Shown: positions 8,736 through 17,001 of the stretch, piece after piece
How positions within the stretch are numbered: position 1 is the stretch's first letter
Layout: every line of letters starts with the position of its first letter
From: a virus
Direction: 5' to 3' (one strand)
Length of the DNA stretch: 64,000 bases
IMG/VR virus record: IMGVR_UViG_3300021977_000001
Program-made: the position numbers and the translations under genes
Notes under the pieces: model-generated
What the model was told of the DNA's origin: nothing
The model's database searches: none
What the model saw: the letters and a program-made list of their open reading frames with translations, nothing else

Positions 8736-11393
8736 ATGGCAATAGAACATATTCGTAAACATGCCCATCCCCGCCACGATGCCGATCAAGGCATGACGCC
8801 AGAGATTAAGGCAATTGTTGATAAGATCGTCCAGCCAGGACAAGGCGACGGTCAGATACCCTCTAAGACTAAAGCACCATCGCTTAACGTCATGGAGACT
8901 ATCTCTAATAACATCGCCACCAATGTCAATGACGCTAGGGCTATTTTTGAAATACTGCCTGATACAGAAATGGCCATGCAGGTGTTGGTGTCTTCTATTC
9001 TATCGCCTAAAGACATGATCTCTACGGAAATAACATTTACCTCAGGGATTGCTGGCGAGGCAGCAGAAGTGGCATCAGGTGTCATAAGAATTATCCAAAA
9101 CTATTTCATCAAGGAATTTGGTTTACGTCGACGCCTCACTACAATATTGCAGGACGCGTTATTTAAGACAGGTAGTTACCCTATTGCTATCATTCCTGAA
9201 AATGGATTAGATGCACTGATTAATGGTAACGACACCGTGTCGTCAGAAAGCGTTAAAGAGTTCTTTGTCCCGTCTTCTAACAGCGTTAAACCTGTAGGGT
9301 TATTAGGTAACCCGGGTGCAGATAAGCAGGTAAGTTTAGAAAACCTATTCTCAGAACCCACCACGCCAGATAGCTATAAGAAGTTCAATGCGTATACGGA
9401 AGTTACTGATAACTTCAATGCTCTTAAAGTGCCTAGTTTATTATCTAAAGCACGTCAGCATGCTGTGGCGTCTGCATTTGAACGTCAGGGTGTAGCTGGG
9501 GTACATATCAGTAATGAGGCAGCAAGGGATAGTGAGGGTGGTGAGCGTGCGACGGTACTTAAAACAGCGTATCGCCGCCGCGTCTATACTCAGCGCTCTG
9601 CTGTACAACTTCAGACCAGTGAAACGCTTAACCGTGAATCGGTAGGTCATCCGCTAATAATGAAGTTACCTAGTGAGGCGGTCATTCCCGTTCACGTACC
9701 GTCAGACCCTTCTAACCACATCGGTTATTATGTTCTATTAGATAAGAATGGTAACCCTATTACGCGGGCTAAGGATGCTAAATATTTCACCAACCTTAAA
9801 CAACGGGTGAAAAAAGAGAATGAAGGAACCTCTGAGCTCATCGAGCAGGTTAGACAAGGCATGTACGGTAACCGTAATACGGTTGCTGAAGCGTCTGAAA
9901 ATGAGATCATTAACGCCTATACGTCGTTAATAGAAAACGATCTTGTAGCACGTCTAGAAGCCGGTATCTATAACGATAACGCAACGCTATCGTGTCCGGA
10001 AGAAGTAGGACGTATCATGCTTGCGCGTGCTTTATCTAAAATGCATACGCAGGTGTTGTTTGTACCCGCTGAATTAATGACGTATGTGGCGTTTGATTAC
10101 AACGATAACGGTACGGGTCGATCGCTAATTGAAGGGTCTAAGATCATTGCGTCGTTACGTGCTATGACGATGTTTGCTAATACCATGGCAGGTATTAAGA
10201 ACTCTAATAGCCGGACTAAGCTTAACATTACCCTAGATGAAGATGATCCTGATCCAGCGAATACCGTTGAAAAGATCATGCATAACTTCACTAAGAACCA
10301 TCAGTTGTCTTATCCGCTAGGCACCATTGACCCATCGGACATTACAGGTTACCTGCAACGTTCTTCGGTCGATATCAACGTAGAGGGTCACCCTGCGTAT
10401 CCAAGTACAAAGACCAACATTGAAGATGGTCAACGTAGTGTTATTAATGTCGATACTGACTTAGAAGAAACATTACGTAACCGTCACTTCATGTCGATGC
10501 ATATTGCGCCTGAGATTGTAGATTCTACATTGGATGTTGAATTTGCTACTAATGTGGTAGGGTCTAACTTACTATTAGCTAAGCGCGTGATCATCTATCA
10601 AGATACGCTATGTGATCACCTATCTGACTTTATTCGTAAGTTTACTAATAACTCATCAGTGCTGATGGCTCAGATATCAAAACTTATTGATGAATCGGGT
10701 ATCAGTAAGAAACTTAAACAAGGCAATAAAGATGTAACAGACGATGGGACGTTTGATACGAAAGAATCATTAATCACGGAGATCATTGATTCAATTACCA
10801 TTAGTCTGCCAACCCCTGATACGGCTAAATTAGCAAATCAAGGGGCGTCTTTTGAAGAGTTTAATAGTTTACTTGAAGCAGCGCTACCTGCCTATGTTGA
10901 CTCTGAGATGTTTGACGGTATGTTAGATTCAGATCTTGAAGAAGGTATAGAAGGTACTATAGCGGCATTGCGTGGCTACTTCCAGCGACAATGGTTACGT
11001 AAGAATAACATCATGCCTGAATTAGAAGGAATGGTGTCTGAAGGGTCTAATGAAAGCTTTGATATTGTCAATGTACATAAAGACCATGCCAAGGCTATCC
11101 TAGACCCCATGCAGAAACTATTACGGATGATGCGTAAGGAAGGACAAAAGGCACAAAGTAACTTGGATGCTGATCGTGATGAGATGACCAAGGCTTCTGA
11201 AGAGAAAGATCAAATGATCCAAACACTGCAAGAAGAACTTGAAGCATTAAAAGCTAAACTTGGAGGTAGTGAGGAAGCGGAGGAACCTGTAGATGACAAT
11301 ACAGACATCCCTGAAGACCTAGAAAATGAAGAAGAATCAGAAACACCACCTAGTGAGGAACCAGGTGCTGAGGACGATCTACCACCACTTTAA
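8736..11393 (+). CDS. Portal protein (phiKZ gp129-like)
   Basis: 885 aa; SSILSPKDM, LF.TGSYP.AIIPE and PSEAVIPVHVP..P..HIGYYVLLD..GNP segments; size and synteny; S-x-E motifs in the N-terminal region. Confidence 0.75.
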   Translation: MAIEHIRKHAHPRHDADQGMTPEIKAIVDKIVQPGQGDGQIPSKTKAPSLNVMETISNNIATNVNDARAIFEILPDTEMAMQVLVSSILSPKDMISTEITFTSGIAGEAAEVASGVIRIIQNYFIKEFGLRRRLTTILQDALFKTGSYPIAIIPENGLDALINGNDTVSSESVKEFFVPSSNSVKPVGLLGNPGADKQVSLENLFSEPTTPDSYKKFNAYTEVTDNFNALKVPSLLSKARQHAVASAFERQGVAGVHISNEAARDSEGGERATVLKTAYRRRVYTQRSAVQLQTSETLNRESVGHPLIMKLPSEAVIPVHVPSDPSNHIGYYVLLDKNGNPITRAKDAKYFTNLKQRVKKENEGTSELIEQVRQGMYGNRNTVAEASENEIINAYTSLIENDLVARLEAGIYNDNATLSCPEEVGRIMLARALSKMHTQVLFVPAELMTYVAFDYNDNGTGRSLIEGSKIIASLRAMTMFANTMAGIKNSNSRTKLNITLDEDDPDPANTVEKIMHNFTKNHQLSYPLGTIDPSDITGYLQRSSVDINVEGHPAYPSTKTNIEDGQRSVINVDTDLEETLRNRHFMSMHIAPEIVDSTLDVEFATNVVGSNLLLAKRVIIYQDTLCDHLSDFIRKFTNNSSVLMAQISKLIDESGISKKLKQGNKDVTDDGTFDTKESLITEIIDSITISLPTPDTAKLANQGASFEEFNSLLEAALPAYVDSEMFDGMLDSDLEEGIEGTIAALRGYFQRQWLRKNNIMPELEGMVSEGSNESFDIVNVHKDHAKAILDPMQKLLRMMRKEGQKAQSNLDADRDEMTKASEEKDQMIQTLQEELEALKAKLGGSEEAEEPVDDNTDIPEDLENEEESETPPSEEPGAEDDLPPL

Positions 11394-11436
11394 GGCATAA
11401 CTTGTAGGGTAGCTTAGACTACCCTACTTTATGCCG
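11394..11436. terminator. Bidirectional hairpin with TATGCC on both sides
   Basis: ggcataa-GTAGGGTAG-cttaga-CTACCCTAC-tttatgccg between convergent genes. Confidence 0.8.
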
Positions 11437-11457
11437 TCACAGACGCATACAGAAGCA

Positions 11458-11658
11458 CTATTGGTTCTTTTTGTTACGACGTCTTTGTTTTCTTGCTTCT
11501 TTAGCTTTCTTACGACCACGAAGACGTTTATTACGCGCTGCTTCGTCTTCACAACGAATCTTACCGCGTTTACTTGGTGAGGGTATTACCGTATCGGCAG
11601 AGAAACTAGCAGCCATAGCTGCTGTTAACAATCCATTCATACGGGGTTTAGAAAACAT
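11458..11658 (-). CDS. Small basic protein with an Arg/Lys-rich C-terminus
   Basis: 66 aa; AAGGAA RBS upstream; bounded by terminators on both sides. Confidence 0.6.
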   Translation of the reverse strand: MFSKPRMNGLLTAAMAASFSADTVIPSPSKRGKIRCEDEAARNKRLRGRKKAKEARKQRRRNKKNQ

Positions 11659-11686
11659 AATTAACGTTCCTTATTTTTATTATCGA

Positions 11687-11721
11687 AGACAAAAAAAGGA
11701 GAGGGCAATAACCCCCTCTCC
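11687..11721 (-). terminator. Classical intrinsic terminator
   Basis: GGAGAGGG-loop-CCCTCTCC followed by a T7 tract on the - strand, downstream of 11776..13848. Confidence 0.75.
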
Positions 11722-11775
11722 AAATGTCTGGCCCTAACACCAGACGCCCTTTTAAAGGGGTGAGGTCGTAGACGC

Positions 11776-13848
11776 TTATTCGCGCCACAGGCCTAATGCA
11801 TAGTAGTCTTTACTTAACCAACCCGGTAGAACCTTTAGGCGGTATCCATCAATAGTATCGATGAAGTAATGACGTACGTGTAGATCTTTAGTACGTGCAT
11901 AGAGATCTTGCAGTACTTTAAACTCTACAGGGTTAACAGATTGTTTCACCGATGCGATAGGTTGATCTTTATCGACTTTAAGTTCCATTGACTTAAGCGT
12001 CCACGGTACTTGAGTGATAGAGATTACATCAGTAAGGAAAACAACAGCGTAGTCTTCAGTGGTTAGATCTAGTGTGTCTGGATCTTCTACGTTTTCAAAG
12101 AACCCAGATAACTCAGTATCTTCAGCCACCTCTACAATGTTATCTTTAAGGCGATCTGCCTTATATGTTTCTTTCAGATAGTTACTTACTTCCGGTGCAC
12201 TTACCGCAGAGAATAACAATGGAATCAGATCATTGATTTTATCTGCAAATAGCTTACGTACACTTTCACCATGCTCATTGGCGATTTCGGTAAGTAACTC
12301 AGCATAGTCACTTAACTCATCAATAGTCCAACTTACCGACATAGAGTAGTTAAGTGCATCATTGATCATACCAATCGCACGCTTGGTGATTTGACCGCAG
12401 AAACGCTCAGGCATATCTAGGTTAGACATAACAGAGATGAATTGATCCATAGTCTCTGCCTTTGCAAGATCATCAGCACCTTTGCGGTCTATACGATAAG
12501 CGATAGGTTTAAGGTGACGGTATTGGAATTCCAAAATGGCATCTTCAGGGATCTTGATACGTTTGCTGTTTAAAGCTTGGCGTAAGTAGAATTCTGCTTG
12601 CTGATCAGAGTGCGCATCAATCAGGTTAGTAAACTGTACAGCTGGAGTCACTTCGCCCTCCTCAGTCTCATCATCTAAGATGGTGGCAGTTGCATTGATG
12701 TAGTGATAGTCTTTCCAACCATCACCTTGAACAGAGCCACTAGGTGCTCCAAGTGATTGTGTCTTAAGGGCTGCGTCTAATTCGTGTTGTTCGTAATCCA
12801 TGAATTCACCTTTCTCTTGTATGACTTCGACGAGGTAACCATCTTTGTGTGGTAAGTAAATACGCTCGTGCGTGTTAGGGTTGTAAGTTAAATTAAATGG
12901 CAATAAGGGCTTTAGTGCCATATGGTCTGGTAAGTCGTTATAGAATAACGGGGCTTCATAAGCAGGAGTAGTGTCGTTATCAAAGCTAACGGTATCAGCA
13001 GTTTTAACATCAGGGATATCCCACGCCGCACTCCGTCTATTTTCACTACCTGTACTCCATGATGTTTTGACAGCATTATCGTTAGTTGGCGCTGTCTTAC
13101 CTACATCCACTTCCTGATAATCATGCAGGCCACCTCGTCTGCCCGTATCTAGTACCGACCGGTGCTGGTTAGGCTGAGGTGTGTTAAACATGCCACGCAT
13201 ATTACCACCGTTACCATTGAAGGTATTAGGCTGATTGAAACCCATCTGAGTACCACCCTGCCATTGGGTTTGGCGAGGTTGATAGTTATTACCCCCACCG
13301 TAACCACCTTGGTTGTAACCGCCCTGATTACCGCCCCACGCAGGTTGTTGATTGCGTTGTTGGAACTGTAAGATCTGTTGCTTAATCTGCTCAAACTCAC
13401 CTAGGGTGCTGTTAACAGAGTTAACGATATTAGGATCTTGAACTAGCTGCTGTAGTGGCTGATACGTAACCGCATTAATTGAAGCATAGATGCCTGTCAT
13501 CTTTTGTGCAACCATAGCCGCAGCTGAATCAACATTATTACCATGCGTGTTAGCAGCAAGTACCATTTCTAAGAAACCGCCAGCAGAGACAAGTAACTCA
13601 TCATACTGCTGATTGTTATACATGTTGCTTGCCATCTGATTAAACAAGAACGTACGTAACGGATTACGCGGTGCTTGTTCTTGTAACTGATGACGTAGAT
13701 GTCCATCTAACATCTTAAAGGCTTCTGGCCCTAGCTGCATGGGGAAACCGTTAGGGGGGTTTCTGCCAGGAACCGAGTACGGCAATCCATGGATAAAGAA
13801 TTGCTGACTTGGAGCATTAGCGTCAAAGGGTAAATTACCGGGGTACAT
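11776..13848 (-). CDS. phiKZ-like core protein of unknown function with a Q/N/G-rich low-complexity segment
   Basis: 690 aa, directly downstream of the RNAP beta gene; contains NQQPAWGGNQGGYNQGGYGGGNNYQ. Confidence 0.7.
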   Translation of the reverse strand: MYPGNLPFDANAPSQQFFIHGLPYSVPGRNPPNGFPMQLGPEAFKMLDGHLRHQLQEQAPRNPLRTFLFNQMASNMYNNQQYDELLVSAGGFLEMVLAANTHGNNVDSAAAMVAQKMTGIYASINAVTYQPLQQLVQDPNIVNSVNSTLGEFEQIKQQILQFQQRNQQPAWGGNQGGYNQGGYGGGNNYQPRQTQWQGGTQMGFNQPNTFNGNGGNMRGMFNTPQPNQHRSVLDTGRRGGLHDYQEVDVGKTAPTNDNAVKTSWSTGSENRRSAAWDIPDVKTADTVSFDNDTTPAYEAPLFYNDLPDHMALKPLLPFNLTYNPNTHERIYLPHKDGYLVEVIQEKGEFMDYEQHELDAALKTQSLGAPSGSVQGDGWKDYHYINATATILDDETEEGEVTPAVQFTNLIDAHSDQQAEFYLRQALNSKRIKIPEDAILEFQYRHLKPIAYRIDRKGADDLAKAETMDQFISVMSNLDMPERFCGQITKRAIGMINDALNYSMSVSWTIDELSDYAELLTEIANEHGESVRKLFADKINDLIPLLFSAVSAPEVSNYLKETYKADRLKDNIVEVAEDTELSGFFENVEDPDTLDLTTEDYAVVFLTDVISITQVPWTLKSMELKVDKDQPIASVKQSVNPVEFKVLQDLYARTKDLHVRHYFIDTIDGYRLKVLPGWLSKDYYALGLWRE

Positions 13849-13895
13849 AAGAGACCTCGTTGTTATTTGTCAAATATTTAAAAGTGATGATAGTG

Positions 13896-15512
13896 CTATG
13901 TGCGTGCAATCTTCGCCTGCACACTTTCTATCAGATCTGTGAAGCGCGGATCAGGAATCATCTCACCTTCAGGTGTTACGTTTAGATATGGATTAATCTG
14001 ACCGTGACCTGTTGGACAAGAACTTGGCTGATTCCCATAACTACATACTTCAGCCAACGAAGCGTGTAGTAGTCGTGATGGTTTAGTCTTCGTCCCGCTG
14101 CGAGAGCCAGTCGCATCAGTCTGAGGTACCACCTTGTTAGTCATCTTGAACATGAGATTATCACCGGCCGTAGAGAGAGAACTTACCTCACCATGTCCTG
14201 TGTTTATCTTACGTATAGTATCAAACTTCAGATACTTGTCCATAAGCTTTTCTATGTCCTTGACAGCTAGGGTTTTGTTTTTGTTAGAGTTTAACTTAAA
14301 GGTAAAATTAAATATTGCCTTTATCACATCTAGTAATATATATCTCAAGGTTGTTAGCTTCTTACCATACAGGTTAGATACATCCGTTGTGATGATAATT
14401 TCATTCATGGTTTCGATAATATAAGCAAATAAAGCATACGTGTCTTTACACTCTATCCCCTCACGTTCTAGGTTCATTTGAACCAGGCCATCAATGTAAT
14501 AATCTAGACTTACTAAATGCGCATCGATATCTTCTAACAGCCTACCTTCATTTACTTTACTCTTAAAGATAACATGCCCCATCAATACACGCCATAGACG
14601 CGTATCATCGATATACTCTGGGCGAATACGTTGAGTAAAATGATCTGCAAGGTAGAATAACGTGGCGAGTAAGTTGTCAGATAGCCTACTGCGCTGCTCA
14701 CGCTTACAGGCAACACGCAGCTGCGTAGGTTGATAACCCTTACCTTTAACGCTGATAGGTTGTAGATGTAAACTCTCTACAATAATCCAATCTGATTTAG
14801 GATGTGACTGCTCGGTGATGGTGTTACGATCACCTACTACAACATCCATACCGCAGAAGCGTTTGAAGGTTTCTGTCACGCCATACTTACAAAACAGATA
14901 ATGACCTAAGGTACTTACCATATTGAGACGTAGACCGCCCATGTAAATAATCTTAGAACCTTTATCTTTTTGACGCAGATGATAAATGGTACTCCATGGA
15001 ATACTTAGAGTTTCTTTAACACCATCAATGACTAGGTTGTGTGTGACCCGTTCAAAGGTAAGTTTGTCACGTGTTAATGCAACGAATAGTTTCCCATCGT
15101 CTACTGAGAATAGATTATCAACCATAACTGGATTAATAACATATTTAGAACCGTTCACGCGTATAACACCACCTGGTCCTACAAAAGGCAACTGCATAGA
15201 GCGCGGATAAAGCTTTTGACCATGGTAGCTAAAATTATACTGAAGCATGTAGAAGTCACTTGGCGCAAGATTGAACTCAGCGCGCGATGATCGCTTACGT
15301 GTCATGTAAGCATACTGCTGCTCCGGTGTTGCTCTTTTGTACTCTCCATCGTACGTAAATCCCTCTGGAAAGCTTCGTGCTGCACATTTCCACACATGGT
15401 CGATGTATTGCTCGACTTCACGCATCTGCTCTACTACTAACCCTTTCGCCAGTATAGGGTTAAACTTAGGCACATGTTGCTCGTGTATGTGTTTAAATAA
15501 ATATTGATCCAT
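13896..15512 (-). CDS. Non-virion multisubunit RNA polymerase, beta N-terminal subunit (phiKZ gp123-like)
   Basis: 538 aa; LPFV..GG.I.VNGSKYVINPV matches the RpoB N-terminal motif; C-terminal EVCS...PSS.PTG.G.INPY; position near MCP and helicase. Confidence 0.8.
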   Translation of the reverse strand: MDQYLFKHIHEQHVPKFNPILAKGLVVEQMREVEQYIDHVWKCAARSFPEGFTYDGEYKRATPEQQYAYMTRKRSSRAEFNLAPSDFYMLQYNFSYHGQKLYPRSMQLPFVGPGGVIRVNGSKYVINPVMVDNLFSVDDGKLFVALTRDKLTFERVTHNLVIDGVKETLSIPWSTIYHLRQKDKGSKIIYMGGLRLNMVSTLGHYLFCKYGVTETFKRFCGMDVVVGDRNTITEQSHPKSDWIIVESLHLQPISVKGKGYQPTQLRVACKREQRSRLSDNLLATLFYLADHFTQRIRPEYIDDTRLWRVLMGHVIFKSKVNEGRLLEDIDAHLVSLDYYIDGLVQMNLEREGIECKDTYALFAYIIETMNEIIITTDVSNLYGKKLTTLRYILLDVIKAIFNFTFKLNSNKNKTLAVKDIEKLMDKYLKFDTIRKINTGHGEVSSLSTAGDNLMFKMTNKVVPQTDATGSRSGTKTKPSRLLHASLAEVCSYGNQPSSCPTGHGQINPYLNVTPEGEMIPDPRFTDLIESVQAKIART

Positions 15513-15608
15513 AGATCATCCTCCGATCAGTTATGTCGCAATTCGGACATAATGACACTTCCTTTAAAGCATCACCATAGGGTAGGTGTCCTCTGTATTT
15601 CTTGACGT

Positions 15609-16736
15609 TTAGTCACGCATCTTAGCCATTGCCGCCAGCGCAATGCCGATACCTGTTACTAACGCCCCACCTATTTTAAGTACCTCTACCCCTACACTTC
15701 TTTCATCTTTAACACGATCCAATCGTGCTTTTCTTTCCATCTCCTCCATTTTTCGTTGATGGTCACGTTCTTTACGTGCCTCTTCCTGTTGCTTAATACG
15801 TTCCTCTTGTTCTTTAGCTTTAATATCCGCACGTGCTTTATCAAGTTGGTAACGTTTCTCTAACTGCACTAACGCATCACCATGGGTAATGCACTCTTGC
15901 ATGCTGTAATACAGCATAGGTGTTTCAAAGTCAGTACCATCTAGACATGCTAGGGTATCGTATCTAACTCTAGAAGGTCCACCTATAAAGACCGCATCAG
16001 TTTCTGATACCGCTCCCCGTGTATGCGATGACCGAGATACCCATACGCCGTCTTCCATGTTTTCCGAACGCGTGGGTTTAATCTCCATTGCATCGCCATG
16101 TATATTGATATACAGGCTGTTATACCGACCCGCATTATCAACTAACATTACGGTAAAGTTGCTACGCGGTGCTTCTTTTTGATTCTTTTGATATTGACTA
16201 TAGATACTCGCCGCTGTGCGTGCAGCGTAAGGATGTATAACGTCAGTACCTTCAAATCCAATAGCAACATCTAAATTGGTGATATACAGACCGTTAGGTT
16301 GTGTTTGTATCGCCTTACCGCCAATAACGTATCGGACGGTAAACTGTAATCCTGATCGGTGTTTCTCAATATGATCTCCCCCGGTTATGGCTTCAATGAC
16401 TCGGTGTTGTTCGATGTTGTGGTTTTCAGTATCTTCTTCAACATCAAGCATTAACTGATTAATAAATTCATCCACACGATCATAAGCCACGAGGAACTGT
16501 TGTTCAATAACCAACTTACCTACGTGCTGCTGGGGCATGTTCATGTGTCTGTCCTCCATAGCAAGAGGAAATAAGATATTGTTACGATGTGCTAAGTACA
16601 GCACCTTACCTGTATAGTTGTAATAGCTTTCCGTAATACGTAACGCAGCTTGACGCGGTGGCGTGTACGAGGTTTCCTTGTATGCTTCTATATTTCTTAT
16701 ACGTGTAAAGTGCCCCTTGGTTGTTCTTTTATCCAT
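15609..16736 (-). CDS. Hypothetical protein with a C-terminal coiled coil and hydrophobic tail
   Basis: 375 aa; charged heptads (KAKEQEERIKQQEEARKERDHQRKMEE) then VLKIGGALVTGIGIALAAMAK. Confidence 0.75.
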   Translation of the reverse strand: MDKRTTKGHFTRIRNIEAYKETSYTPPRQAALRITESYYNYTGKVLYLAHRNNILFPLAMEDRHMNMPQQHVGKLVIEQQFLVAYDRVDEFINQLMLDVEEDTENHNIEQHRVIEAITGGDHIEKHRSGLQFTVRYVIGGKAIQTQPNGLYITNLDVAIGFEGTDVIHPYAARTAASIYSQYQKNQKEAPRSNFTVMLVDNAGRYNSLYINIHGDAMEIKPTRSENMEDGVWVSRSSHTRGAVSETDAVFIGGPSRVRYDTLACLDGTDFETPMLYYSMQECITHGDALVQLEKRYQLDKARADIKAKEQEERIKQQEEARKERDHQRKMEEMERKARLDRVKDERSVGVEVLKIGGALVTGIGIALAAMAKMRD

Positions 16737-16791
16737 CTGGCGTGATCTCTTTAACGGTTCCTATCGATAGTCTTAGCGCAAGACCATACTA

Positions 16792-16799
16792 GTAATGTA
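16792..16799 (-). promoter_or_regulatory. phiKZ-type early promoter variant (TACATTAC)
   Basis: One mismatch to TATATTAC; intergenic, just after a terminator and upstream of 15609..16736. Confidence 0.55.
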
Positions 16800-16819
16800 G
16801 GTGTGAAGTGTCGTCGAGA

Positions 16820-16864
16820 CGGCATAGACGGCATAACACCCAGGAACCTTAAGTCCCTGAGTGC
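16820..16864 (-). terminator. Hairpin with a duplicated TATGCCGTC tail
   Basis: gacggcata-gacggcata on the + strand next to a CAGG...CCTG stem. Confidence 0.65.
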
Positions 16865-16973
16865 TACTTAACCACGCTAAGTGATCTTTTAATCGGTAAT
16901 GAAACCGGCATTGTCTTTTTTTAAATTGTAAATACGCAAGCGCATTTTTAACCAGATTGTTAATGAATCAGGT

Positions 16974-16993
16974 CAGGGAGGCGAACCTCCCTT
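16974..16993 (-). terminator. Hairpin directly after the MCP stop codon
   Basis: AGGGAGG-ttcg-CCTCCCT on the - strand (UUCG tetraloop). Confidence 0.7.
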
Positions 16994-17001
16994 GGGTATT
17001 A

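Noticed and set aside
11240-11393. Acidic low-complexity C-terminus of the portal as a separate element or repeat
   Set aside because: It is in frame and non-repetitive at the DNA level, consistent with an ordinary disordered tail.
14333-14340. TATATTAC match inside the RNAP beta gene
   Set aside because: It is explained by the codons for Y-I-L-L and has no nearby start or upstream terminator.
16880-16945. 18-codon ORF (MRLRIYNLKKDNAGFITD) downstream of MCP
   Set aside because: No RBS, very short, and expected by chance in AT-rich DNA.
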